A DNA stretch of 64,000 nt from the NCBI GenBank assembly GCA_013265495.1, contig MU061553.1:12835-76834 (forward strand). Direction: 5' to 3'. Each line of letters opens with the position of its first letter. The stretch's first letter is position 1. Below are positions 49,473 through 62,700 of the stretch, piece after piece. The notes beneath the pieces are model-generated. The model saw only the letters and a program-made list of their open reading frames with translations. It did no database searches and was not told the origin of the DNA. This stretch comes from Vicugna vicugna (taxonomy: Eukaryota). The position numbers and the translations under genes are program-made.

Positions 49473-52400
49473 GTGAGTGTATGTCCTTTTACAAGTGGAG
49501 GAATTTCTGTAGTTTTCCTGGAACTTACTCACCACTAGTCCATCTGATTTTTCCGTGCTAGGATTCAGTATGGCATGCTAAAAATTCTGGAGTCAGATCT
49601 TGAAACCCTGATGAAGAGGATTATTTTTTTTATTTCTTTATATGATAGTATTTTACTTTCAAAATTCAGAGTTTTCGGTTCTTTTAGGAATTTTTTCGGG
49701 AGTTGGAGAAACAACTTTGCTCTTACCATCTTTGTGACCTGTTGCTATATGCCTCTCACCTTTCTTCTGTCACTTGTGAGGCGGTTCCATTTGTGACCCT
49801 GTGCTGGTTGTTCATGTTATAAAACATAAAGTCTGTAAAAGTACAGTCCCTTTTACTCCGAAGACATTCCACAAATACTACTTAAATCTGGGTGTGGTTT
49901 TAAGAAGACAGAATCATTAGCACATGTACTTGCAGGTTGCTAGTGCAAAATCCCCAAGTCAAAACTCTAGCTCAACATCTAAAATCTTTCTAATCTACAT
50001 TGGATTTGGATGGATAAGTGAAGCACTTTACTAAGTACTCAAGACCAGGTTTAGAATACAGGCTGGTGTAGCTCAGCAGGTCCTCCCAAGCTGCCGCTCT
50101 GCCAGAAGGTGGGGCCGAGGGGAGAGGGCGGGTCCTGCCCTCCCTGAGCTGACAGTTTCACGGCAAAGACCTTAATCAGGTGAAGAACTTGGAGTTTCTT
50201 CTAAGAACAGTGGGTTTGAAAAGAGTCCTACAAGCGCGGGAGTGACACAATCCCATTTGTCTCAAGTAGGGGAGAGCGGCTGTGGGGCCACTTGGGAGAC
50301 TTGTGAGTCCAGGTGAGCAGTGTTGGTGGCTTCCACTTGAGCGGTGTGACGGTCAGTGGGTAAAAGCGAACAGAAAGCGAACAGAAGCATGTTTAGATGG
50401 TAAAAAGGAAAGGATGAATGCTGTCTGTGAAGGTAGGATGGAGTAAGGCCCAGGTTTCTGGGTGGATTAATGAGGTAAATGATGGTCCTGCTGTGCTCTG
50501 AGGAGGGGAAGCTGCAGAGGGAGTTCTGGGGAAAAGTGATGAGTTCAGCTGTGGGTAAAGTGAAAGGCTGTTAGATGTGTGGTCTGGGAGCTCAGGTGAG
50601 AGCCAGTAGTGAGTAAGAAGAGGGGAGAGAGACTTTCAAATCATTTTGTCTTGTGAACGTACAAATAAGTATGAGTAATGACACACTTAACAGCTCTATA
50701 TTCTGGATTTGAAGCCCAGTAACATTTTGCTATATTGAGTGCAGAGGTTCTTAAATTTTTTTAATATAAATATAAAAAATAGAAACAAAATAGTGGAGTT
50801 AATGAACATCTTAGACTTGATATGTGTCCTTGAATGTATTTTGATACCTCATCTGTTTATAACCATAATCTACAAAAAGTTAGCTTGTTTAGCATAAGAG
50901 TTAAAGAGAGGGACGTGACACACACTGTTGGGGGTTGAAGCTGATCTTCTTGGGCAAATTATGCAGCCTCTCTGTGCCTTAGTTCCTCTTCTGTGACTGC
51001 CCCCGGGCCGCTCATCACAGTTGATTTCCTAGACTAGATGTTGGGAGGGAGGCTGCTGAAGGCAGTAAGAAGAGGCATCTGCTAGGGATACTGAAGAGAC
51101 AGACAAAGACAGATTAAAGCTGATAAACTGAGTACAAATACCCTCAAAAAAGAAAGAATCCCGCAGTGTTTTGAGCCACTTAGCGTAAGGGAAACAAAAT
51201 CACGTGGACCCAAAGCTCTTGAGCATGTGAGTATTGTGGGTGGGAAGGTGTCATCAGAAAAGGGTTGAGAAGAGGCCTTTTTGTTTCCCTTGACGTTTCC
51301 AGTAAGGGTGGGGAGCAGAAGCGAAAACCCCCCGCTTCACAGTGGAAGCTGCTGTTTTGTGCGAAACTGACCAAAGGTTGGAAACCAGTCATCAGCGGTG
51401 CTGGCAAATGAAGAGACTTCTGGATTGGGTGGGGCACTTGCTGTGACTTCCAGGTGAGCTGCTGGCTGCGGTCTGTGAGGCGGGCAGTAGGTTTGCAGGG
51501 TGACCCGGGCATAATCCCTGGCTCTGAGGCTGCTGGTCTGACTAGCAGACCTGGGCACCCACAGTCCTAATGGGGCAGCTCGGGATGTGGCCTGGGACAC
51601 CTGCCGTGCTGAGGGCGAGAAGAGGGCTCCCCTGAGGGAGTGTCCCTGTGGAGAGTGGGAACGTGTTCCTGCAGGGGAGGAAGAGCCTCTGAGAAGGGGG
51701 CCGGATGCACAGGCAAGACAAGCCTGAGCACGGAGGGTTTGGGGAGCCGGAAGTCATACAGTGGCCAGAGCAGCCTTGGTCCTGAGAGACTGGAGGGAAA
51801 AGATGCTGAAAATGCAGGCTAGGGTCAGACCCTGTGGTGGGTTATGAGTGACAGTAAAGGACTGGTCAGGCAGGCACGAGAGAACCCTGTGGGCGTCCCA
51901 GCTGGGGCGTCACGCCGGAGGGAGGAGCAGAGTTATAGACTTTGCCACTTATTAGCTGTGTGACTTTGAGCAATATCACCGCACCTCTCTCTCTATATAT
52001 CTTCATCTGTAAAGTGACAGAGTGACAAGCTCGTGTCGTCAGAAGGCTTAGTTTAGCTCTGATCCTCTTTGTCCAGTCCTGTCAGTGCTGCCCTGCAAGG
52101 TTCTGCAGCGGCTGCTCTTACCCTGACATGGGAGGGCGTAGAGGGACATTGTAGCACACGAGGGCAGGAGGGGGGTGCTTTAAAAGCAGACATGTAGCCA
52201 CCTGCAGCTGCAGACCGGCAGGCAGTTTGGTTGACGGTCGTGGAGAGGACTTTGGAGGCCTTAGCATCGTCTTAAGACTTGTTTTCCCTTGGGGACCGGA
52301 TTTGCCTTCGCAGATTAATGTTGAAGATTTGGGCTTCTGGCAAGGCTGTTTTCAGAGATGGGTATATACGTAACATATCGTATGAAATAAAATGCTTTTA

Positions 52401-52710
52401 TTTAAATTGTGGGACTTTGCAGCTGTTGGGAACAGCTCTGTTGGCCTGGTCTCCACGGAGGACACTAGGGGTCAGCAGAGCGTGCGGGAGGGCAAGCAGC
52501 CCACAGTGCTGCTGCGGGGGATTCTCCCCAGCACGGCGCTCTGTTGAGTTGACTCTTCTCTGAGTTTGGTTGCCAGACGAGCAGACAGCAAAATAATGAG
52601 TTCCGGTGGGATTGTATAATAACAGGAAGAAAGAGGAACCCACAGTTTTTCAGGACTAGAACATGCTTTTGGTTCCTGATCCAGTGTGTTCCATTACAGA
52701 ATTGATGAGT

Positions 52711-53212
52711 TGTGTCAATTCTGGGACTTGATTGAAATAAACGTTCAGCCTAAAAGTTCAGAGTTATGTTTTATTTGGCGGGAGGGCTTGAGCCGGGATG
52801 ACAGCCTCTCAGATCGCTCTGAGGGACTGCTCCCTAGAGGCAGGGGAGGAGCTAGGATATATAGGAGCTTTACAACAAAGACCAGGTAGTTGGAACAATA
52901 AAAGATTGCTTGTTATCTAAAGAAAGCCAGGTATCTCAAGTTCAAGAATTTAGTGCTTTTCTATGTATGGGAGGAAACAAACATATGGGTCATTGAATTC
53001 ATTCCTTTGGCAAGCACCTAGCTATCTAGGGCCAGTATCCTGTCCTTTCTTATTCTGAGTCTGCTCAGAGGGCACCATTGTGAGTGGCTGCAGAGGCTGG
53101 GCTGCAGGCCTGTCCTGGCTGGGGGGTGGCGGCAGCCGCTGGTTACTTGGTTTCAGCATTCTTTGTTTACGGTTGCAGTATTTTCACTCACATTGTTTTA
53201 TTTTCGTTCACA
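52711..53212 (-). mobile_element. ERV1-like solo LTR
   Basis: gagt|TGTG...CACA|gact, with minus-strand AATAAA (tttatt ~52770) and TATA (tatata ~52858). Confidence 0.8.
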
Positions 53213-55476
53213 GACTGATTATGGATAATCTGCAACCTTGGAAAGCAACCGAGATGGAATTACTGCAGGTACCTTCTACATTAATAAGCCGTGTGCAAAC
53301 ATAAACAAGGAGGAAGCATACAAAAGGATTTGGTGGTGTAGGGAAGGGTTTCTGCACATTACAGGTGAAGGCAAGGCAGAATTCCTCTTCTTTGTGGGCA
53401 GGGACGTGAGTCCACCTTTCTTTTCTGTAGTGGTTTCTGAGAACAGTTTATGGTAATTGATGAACATTGATAAACGGTGGCACACATTGCATTTAAGAGC
53501 TGGCCGGCTGGAAACTTGTGTATTGGACAGGTGGATTTCATAGGCAAGAGGTCAGGTGGATGGGAGAGAGATGGAGCCCAGGCCTGGGCCCAGATTCAGG
53601 TTTAAGTCGCCATTTCCTCAACATAGGTCCTTGGACTAGAATGTAACCTCTCTTAACCTGTTGGTGAATCTGTGAAATGGGCATGATAATATTCGTTTAT
53701 TCCTGGGATTGTTGTAAGTTGTAAAGAGTATTATAGCACACATGAGGCACTTAACACACTTAGCAGTGTTCACTGTGTGTGGCCGCCCCGCTTGGCGTGT
53801 GTCAGAGCCGTAAATGCAGCATGTGTCTATTGAGGATGCACTGGTAGCCCCTTGAATAGGTTGTGAATTTGGTGATTTCCTTTAATACTTGTAACTCTGT
53901 GTGTCATGGGCAGTTATTTTCATGGACAGATGAGGAATCTCAGGGTAAAGAAGACTGTAATTTGCCCAAAGTCAGACCACAATTTTGGGTGCTGTGGCCT
54001 CAGTTCAGCATGGGCCCCTGGGACTTCTGCCCACTCCGTTCAGCACCAGAGCCAGATGTGGGGTCGGCTGTCACCCAGCCCAGAATACCCAGCAGGAAGC
54101 GAGACACCCCTGGCCCTGTGCTGCTTGAGCAAAAACTCCGGAGAGGCAGTTACAAAAGGGATAAACATAAAAAACAGATGACTGCAAACTGTGGTCAGCT
54201 CTGAGAAGAAAGGAACACGTCTCACCGTGCAGAGCTGGGAGCTTTCCCGTCGGGGCTGCTCTGGGGGCGTTCATCTCAGCTAAACAAGCTCTGCTCCTGC
54301 ACCAAGGCAGGAAGGCTTGGCGCGTGTGACCAGGTAGACTGGGCCTCGTTGATCATACTCATTCCCCATTAAGCGGCAGCTGTCACGGGCACTTACCTAG
54401 TAAACAGATGTCGGCCACAATCATCACGCACTTTGCTCTGTAGTTTTATTGGCCTCACGTTTGAGATGAGGTAATCGAAGCTGGGGAGTTTGCTGCATGC
54501 CCGTGATTACCTTGGAAATACCCCCACTGGTCTTTCAACCTAGACTGGTGTGGCTGTCATGTCCCAGCCCTGTGAATGGCATCGTGTAGCTTCTCCCAAG
54601 TGGCCCAAATGACTGACATTGATTTTCTTAATTCGTAGGAAATGGTATGTGACAATAAGAGAAAAAGGTTGTAAGAAACTGTTTGGAAAACTAGAACAAA
54701 ATCCAATTCTTCCCCAGCTGGGGGAGCGTACCCTGTGTCACTCACCCCCCTCACTGCCTGGCACCTCCTCCCTGCCGACCCCGTGTTCAGAAGCCACTCT
54801 GAGCCTTTGAAGAACATTTTGTCTCATGACACTGTTGACTAGGACCTGCGAACTCTCTGTCCCTGGTTAACTCTCTCTTCAAAGCCATTTAAATTTTATG
54901 CAGGCTCCTCCGCTCAGATGTAAGAATAGCCTCTTTAAACATCTTGATGCAGCTCCTTAATGAAGATCTTTCGAAGGAAACATAGCCAAAACCTGGAATG
55001 TATGCACATAGTGACTGTAAACCCAGCACTTTGTGAAGATCAGAATCAGAGGGGTGGGAGACTCAGGAAAGGCTTTTTTAAGGTAGACAGGGGAAAGTGA
55101 AAGGACGCAGGCTGTGTGAGACTGAAACATCTCGGTCCCAGCCAGCAAGGCACCTGCGTTCAGGATGGTGTGTGGTGAGAGCAAAGTTCTCACAAAGAAA
55201 GAAGTGGTGGGATGGGATGGAGGACAGTTAGGTTCTTTACTGTGGAAGGAAAACGTGGGCTGAACATTTCCTGGTTGAACAAGAGGACTGTGACCTGATG
55301 TGCTTGTATTTTGCAGAGAAGGGTTTTGTGGGGTCAGCCTAGGGAGAATGTTCTCTGGCTGGGAAGTCGTCACAACAGGGAACCACAGAGAACTGGGCAG
55401 ACCCCAGGGCCCCTGCTGGGCGAGGGGCTGCCCTCCAATTCAAGCCCTTGGGGCTGTTCTGTCCCTTAGCTGGGTC

Positions 55477-55561
55477 CTCAGAGCTCCCTTCACTGGGGAC
55501 TCAGAGCACCCTTCACTGGGGACTCAGAGCTCCCTTCACTGGGGACTGAGAGCTCCCTTCA
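55477..55561. repeat. 23-bp minisatellite, ~3.7 copies
   Basis: ctcagagctcccttcactgggga units start at 55477, 55500, 55523 and 55546. Confidence 0.92.
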
Positions 55562-55575
55562 AAACCCAGTCACGT

Positions 55576-56203
55576 TGATACAAGAAAAAACACTTGGGGC
55601 ATGAGAAGGGCTGTGTCTCAGGCTTTGGTTGAGCCCCTGGGATGTGCCCCGCCACATGTTGTTCCTTGGCTTCATGCAGGAAAGTATTCAAGAGCAAGCA
55701 AGCCACTGTTGAGTAAAGGTAGATTTATTCAGAGAGATGCATTGAAAGGCAAGAGAAAGGCCACGAGGTGTGGGGTTGGGTGCTCAGAGTAAAAGTAGGT
55801 ACACACCCCACAGACAGAGTGTGGGCCCACTCCGAAGAGGGAGAGAGAGGGGTGACCGCGAGGCGGCGCTGTGCTGCTGGTTTTCATGGGCTTGGTGGCT
55901 TCATATACTAATAAGTAGAAGGACCAGCCTAAGGGCAAGGGGATGGAATTCCCAGGGAGTTGGCCATTTCCCACCCTTTGTCCTTTTGTGGCTAGAATTG
56001 GGACTGCCAAGGTGCCTGGGCGCGTGTTATTCACCATGGTACTATTACAGTGGGTGTATAATGAAGCTCAAGATCTGCTAGAAGTTTAATCTCTTCTTCC
56101 TGAGCCTCAAGGCCTATTGGGGGTTGAATCCTTCACCATTTTGGTGTTAATTGCTGTGGCCTTCCTTGAATGGCTGTGCTCTGACCCCTTCCATCCTGTC
56201 TCA
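55576..56203 (-). mobile_element. Probable ERV1 solo LTR
   Basis: TG...tgtctCA ends and minus-strand AATAAA (tttatt ~55724); left boundary approximate. Confidence 0.65.
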
Positions 56204-56489
56204 CTGTGATGACACAGAGAGAGCAAAGGCGGGGCCCTATCTCTGCTCCTGCATTTAACAGGGGAGCGGTGGGGTGGGCTGAGGATGACTCTGAGTGGTG
56301 AGAAGGATGTTTCAGATTTTCGCACATGGGACATTGGGACCTGCCAGCAGCCACCGCAGATTTATCTCACGGGCATTATCGCTTGTGTCACTCATCTTTT
56401 TCTATGTTCCTTTTTTTTTTTTTTAAGTATTTAATCTAAATTTAATATCAGGTTTTTTAGGAAAGAAATTCCTGTTTTTCTCTTCTTTG

Positions 56490-56612
56490 GGGCTCTTTTT
56501 GGGGGCTAGGTAATTATGTGTATTTATCTGTTAGTGGAGACCCTGGGGCTTGAACCCAGGACCCCGTGCATGCTAAGCACACGCTCTACCACTGAGCTCT
56601 ACCACCTGCCCC
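56490..56612 (-). mobile_element. Vic-1-type SINE
   Basis: ggggcttgaacccaggaccccgtgcatgctaagcacacgctctaccactgagct (A and B boxes on the minus strand). Confidence 0.85.
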
Positions 56613-56785
56613 GTCATCTTTTTCTTTTTGCTTTACCTGCCAAGAATCTTACAGCTGAATTTCTAGTCGGCCTTTAACACTTACCCTGACTTCATGGCAT
56701 CCATTTTTATGACTTTACCTCTCCCTGGTTTCATTTAAGTATTGAATCTCCATTTTCTCTTCACTATCACTTTTGTCTTTTTGTT

Positions 56786-59700
56786 GTTATGGTTGTTAAG
56801 CTGTGTTTTAAAAATTGTTTAATTTCCCTTTTAGCAGGAGGCTGAAATTAAATATATATGTAAAACAACTTATCACACTTAAATGCTTTTATACATTCTA
56901 AGCTGTTTAGTAGTTACTTAAAAACTGAATTGAATATTAAAGTGATAAGATTTTTAAATTATTTTTAACTTTTTATAAAGGTATAGCTGATTTACAATAT
57001 GATATAAGTTTCAGGTGTACAATAGATGTTCCATTTATAGTTATTTTAAAACATTGGCTGCATTCCCTGTGTTGTAAGAAACATCCCTCTAGCGTGTTTA
57101 CGTTACATGTAGCAGTTTGTATAAGAAAGTTGGGTAATGCAGAGTCAGGGGTGTGGTTGTGTCTGAGCCAGGTTCACGGTCACCCTGCCTGTCAGAGCCC
57201 AGGCCCTCACTCCTTTCTGCAGGGGAGTGAGTGGAGGCAGCTCTCATCAGCGCTGGCACCACCCTCTGAGTGGCAGTGACAGCAGTGACTGTGGACATGC
57301 AAAGTGTTGTTCCAGGAGCTTTACAAGCATTTCTTCATTTAATATTTAAAGCCCTCCTGTGAGGAATCGTTTTATGTTTTTAATGAATAATACACTTTAT
57401 TTTTATTTTGATAGACTTCAAACTTCCGGAAAATTTACAGGAGTATTACAATGAACACTTAGACACACTTCACCTAAAAGGGCAGTATTTGTCCTTTTGT
57501 GTCTGGTTTATTTAAGCATACTGTTTCAAGGTTCATCCATGTAATAGCGTGAAACAGTAATTTATTCTTTTGGTTTAATAGTACCTTTTATTTTTTTTTT
57601 TTGTTTTCGGTCTATTTTAAAATAATTTCATTGAAGTCTACTCAGTTTATAATGTTGCGTCAGTTTCTTGTTTACAGCACAACACTTCAGTTATATAGGA
57701 ACATACCTGTATTCATTTTCATATTCTTTTTCAACATAAGTTACTGTAAGATATTAAATATATTTCCCTGTACTCTACAGTATAAACTTGCTGTTTATTC
57801 TATACATAGTCAGTATCTGCAAATCTTGAACTCCCAATATATCCGTTCCCACACCCTCTCCCCTCTGGTAACCATAGTTTGCTTCCTATGTCTCTGTGCC
57901 TGTTTCTGTTCTGTAGATAAGTTTGTCTTTATTTGTTTTGTTTTGTTTGTTTTGTTTTAGATTCCACATATGAGCGATCTCATATGGTATTTTTCTTTCT
58001 CTTTCTGGCTTACATCTCTTAGAATGACATTCTCCAGATCCATTCATGTTGCTGCAAATGGCATTATTTTATTATCTTTTATGGCTGAGTAGTAGTCTAT
58101 GGTATAAATATACTACAACCTCTTTATCCAGTCATCTGTCAGTGGACATTTAAGTTGTTTCCATGTCTTGGCTATTGTAAATAGTGCTGCTGTGAACATT
58201 GGGGTTCAGGTGTCTTTTTGAATTAGGGTTCCTTCTGGGTATATGCCCAGGAGTGGGATTGCTGAGTCATATGGGAAGTCAATTTTTTGTCTTTTGGGGA
58301 ATCTCCATACTCTTTTCCACAATGGCTCCACCAAACTGCATTCCCAGCACAGTGGAGGAGGGTTCCATTTTCTCCACAGCCTCTCCAGGATTTATTGTTT
58401 GTGAACTTTTGAACGATGGCTATTCTCACTGGTGTGAGGTGATACTTGATTGTAGTTTTGATTTGCACTTCTCTGATAATGATATTGAGCATTTTTTCAT
58501 GTGCCTTTTGGCCATTTGTAGGTTTTCATTAGAGAAATGTTTGTTTACGTCTTCTGCCCACTTTTGGATTGAATTGTTTGTTTTTCTTTCTTATCAAGTG
58601 TAAAAGCTGTTTATGAATTCTGGGAATTAAGCCCTTGTCAGTCTCATTTATTGCAAATATTTTCTCCCATTCCATAAGTTGTCTTTTTGTTTTGCTTATT
58701 GTTTCCTTTGCTGTGCAAAAGCTTGTAAGTTTAATTAGATCCCATTTGTATATTTTTGCTTGTATTTCTATTGCTTGAGTAGACTGTTCTAGGAGAACAT
58801 TGCTGAGATGTATGTCAGATGTTTTGCCTATGATTTCTTCTAACTGGTTTATAGTGTCTTGTCTACATGTTTAAGTCTTTAAGCCATTTTGAATTTATTT
58901 TTGTCTATGCTGTGAGGGAGTAGCCTAACTTCATTGATTTACATGCAGCTGTCCAGTGTTCCCTACACCATTTGCTGAAGAGGCTGCCTTTACTCCATTG
59001 TATGTTTTCACCTCCTTTGTCAAAGTTTCAATGACCAAAGGTTTTTGGGACTATTCCTGATAATTTTGTTTATCCATTCATTGATGGATGGATATTGTTT
59101 ATAACTTTTGGCTACTCCGAATGATACTGCTATTAAAATTGATGTGCAAATTTTTGTGAGAATATGTTCTCATTCTGTTGGCTGTACAGTTGGCCCACCA
59201 TATCTGTAGTTTCCACTTCATGGATCCAGATGGCTGATTGTAAAGGGACTCGAACATCCTTGGATTATGTAATCCAGGGTGGGCGTTTCCTGAAACCAAC
59301 CCCCTGAGTATACTGAGGGATGACACTATATGTAAGAGAAGAATTGCTGAACCATATGATAACTCTAACCTTTTGAGGAAACACCAGACTTTTCCAAAGA
59401 ATCGGCACCATTGCCCCTTTCCAACGGCTGCGTATTGAGCGTTCCCATTTCTCTGCCTCCTGACCGACACTTGTTATTGTCCATGATTTGATTATAACCA
59501 TCCTAGTGAGTGTAAAATGAGATCTCATTTTGATTTAGATTTCGCTAGTGATGCTGAGCATCTTTTCATATGCTTATTGGCCAATTGTGTATCTATTTAA
59601 ATCCTAGGCAAGTTTAAAAATTGGGTCGAATACCTTTGCATTGGTCAGATGTAAGCATTTGTTTTATATCCTGGATACTAGTCTGTTATTAGATATAAGC

Positions 59701-62700
59701 TTTGCAAAATTTTTCTCCTCTTCCTCAGATTGTCGTTTCACTTTACTTTTTTTAAACATTAAAACAATTTCTTTATAGGGGAGGTAATTAGGTTTGTGTT
59801 TTTGTTTGTTTGTTTGTTTGTTTGTTTATTTATTTTGCCAAGCACTCACTCTATCACTTGAGCTACCCACTTCCCCTTTCATTTCACTTTCTTGATGATA
59901 TCCTTTGTAACAAATGGTTTTAAGTTTGATGAAGTCCAGTTTACCTTTTTTTTTTTTTTTATCACTTGTGCTCTTGGTATTGTATCTAGGAAAGCATAGT
60001 CTATCCTAGGACCACAAAGATTTATACTATGTATTCTTTTAGAAAGCTTATAAGTTAATTTTTACGTTTCTGTCTGTGATCCATTTTGAATTAATTTTTA
60101 TTTGTTATATATAATAGGAGCGTCCAGATTCCAGATTCATTCTTTTGCCTGCAGATACCCAGGTGTGTCTGCACCATATGTTGAATAGACTATTCTTTCA
60201 ATGGAGTGTTGCTGGCACCCTTGTGGAAAACTGACCTTAAATGTAAGTTTCCCCCCCCTGGATTTTTTATTGTGTCTCATAGATTTATGTATCCAAACTT
60301 ATGCCAGTACCATAATGACTTGAGTACCTTAGATTTGTAGTAAAGTTTAAACTGAGTCCTCCAACTTTGCTCTTCTTTTCCAAGAATGTTTTGGCTGACC
60401 TGTGTCCCTTGTATTTCCATATGAAATTTGGGATCAGTTTTTCAATTTTTGCAAAGAAGTCAGCTGGAATTCTGATAGGGATTCCATTGAATTTGTAGAT
60501 CACTTTGGGGAGTCTTAACATTTTTAACAATATTGTCTACCATTCCATGAACATGGGATGTCTTCCATATATGTAGATCTTTTAAATTATTTTTGGTGAT
60601 ACTTCAAATTGTTCAATGTACAAATCTTGTAAATTTTTGTTAAATGTATCTCTCATTTTATTTTTAATGCTGTTGTAAATGGAAAGGCTGAGCTTCTTAA
60701 GGGTGGTACTCTATATCAATTTGTTTATTTCTAGGATTCCTACACAGCAAATACACTAGGTTTATATTTGCCACATAAATCTATCCACAACTCTTCCCTC
60801 CTGCGTGTTATAAGAAACCAAGACCCAGGTTAAGCTACCTGAACACCTATGTGGAAGTGAGAAATGAGACCCTTGGGTGGGGCACAGGGCAGATGATACT
60901 GAGAGCTTATTCAGGATGGCACTATCTTAATTTCTTTTAAACAACCCTTTCAGTGTATTTAGTCAGATACATTAAGAACATGCCCTTTTGATGTGCAGAG
61001 GAGCTAAGACTATCATTTTCAAACAATTTCTAGTGAGAGCGTTGTACTTGAAAACTAATTTGCATCAATCTTTGAAGATTTATGTTTCAGGAGCTTTGAC
61101 TAAAGAACAACTGTCTTTATTCAATAACGACAACTAAATGCTCAAACAACATGTAACAGTTTGAGCAAACTGCCCCCACCACGTTGTGCTGGTTGGCTGT
61201 AGCTGTAACTGGAGTCAGCGCTTACCTCTCCCAGGACGCTTGTGCTGATCTGCTCAAAGGGGTTCGTCCAACAGTTTGTCTGTAGTCTGTTGGACAAAGC
61301 CATAAAACATTGATTTAAGTTTGCTGGAATGGAATCTATTCTTATTAATATTAAGTAAGCACATATTGAGTGCTTACTGTATGTTGGGAAATGTCCCTCA
61401 GACTCACATGAATATTATTTCTCTTAACCCTCACATATTTCCTTGTTATTCACACTTTACAGATACAGAGACTGAGGATTAGGTCTTCTCTCTTTTGGGG
61501 GGAGCTCATTATCAATGACTGGAAGTTGGAAGGAAAAAGATATTGGTTCATCCTGGGAAAACATTTTTCTAAGAGTCAGCATTGAAGAGGGTGACCACTG
61601 AAGAGGGTGACCACTGAAGAGGGTGATCATTGTTCGAGTGAGACGAGCCCCGGGTTGTATGGAGTCAGCATCCTTGTCCTGGACACGGCACGTGTAGAGC
61701 TGCGTGGTGGTGAGGCGGCGCGGCCACTCAGGGAACGCGGATGCTGGCCATTGGTCTGTGCTCAGGCCCGGCGGGGCTTTCTCCTAAGGGCAGTGGACCG
61801 TCATTGACATTTAAAGTAGGGGAGTGGGGTGCTCTCGTAGATCACTTTTGTGCTTGTAGAATGCTTGTAAACATTTAGTAGGCTCGGCAGGAGGTGATGT
61901 GATGAGTCAGAGTAGGGTGGCTGCGAGGTGTAGCAGTGTTCAGTTCAATTTCAGTCCCAGGTTTGTGGCTCAGTAGCCTTGTCACTTTGGACGACGCACT
62001 CAAGGAAGTGAAACAATTTATCTAATCAATTGAAGCAGTGGTGTACCCACTTCCCAGGTCTGTTGTGGGGATCCAGTGTGATAACATGTGTACAGTGTGC
62101 AGCGTGGTCCCCAGCGCAGAGTCAGTGCTTAGTGAGTGCCAGTGAGTACCTGGTAGGACAGGTGTGGGTGGTGGGACTCGGTGACTGAGGAAATCTGAGC
62201 CCTGAAGGAGGGGTGCAGGCACATCTATGAGTGATGGGCCTGAGGTGGGAGAGGCAGGGAGACCTTGCCCCCCGACAAGGGGCCCTGGGCAGGACGGCTA
62301 TTGGAGGAGCACCGTAAAGTCAGCTCTGTGCAGGTGGAGTTGGAGGTGCCCTTGAGACATCTAAGTGCAATGTCACGAGCTCGCAGAGGAGGTCTGGACC
62401 CGGGCTGTGCATTTTCCTATAATCTCGATCCCTGAGGATGCCGAGGTATTGATCCCTGAACGTGAAGACGTACTTTACAGGACAAGTGAATAGTAGTATC
62501 ATCTCTGTCATCAGAGCTCACGTCTCTTTATTCATCACTCACTTTGCTAATTGGGTACTTACAGAGCTCACTTCACCGTCCTCCCCTGGGCTCAGGCTCC
62601 ACAGTAAAGAGCTGGTGAGCCTCCCTCTTTTCCAGAAGAAGACACATTTATCTGGTAGCCTTCTATACCTCGCCAGACTTAGAATTTTAGTTTGTTGTTT

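Noticed and set aside
55477..55561. 23-bp repeats resembling a CRISPR array
   Set aside because: Head-to-tail with no spacers, no cas genes, and the DNA is mammalian.
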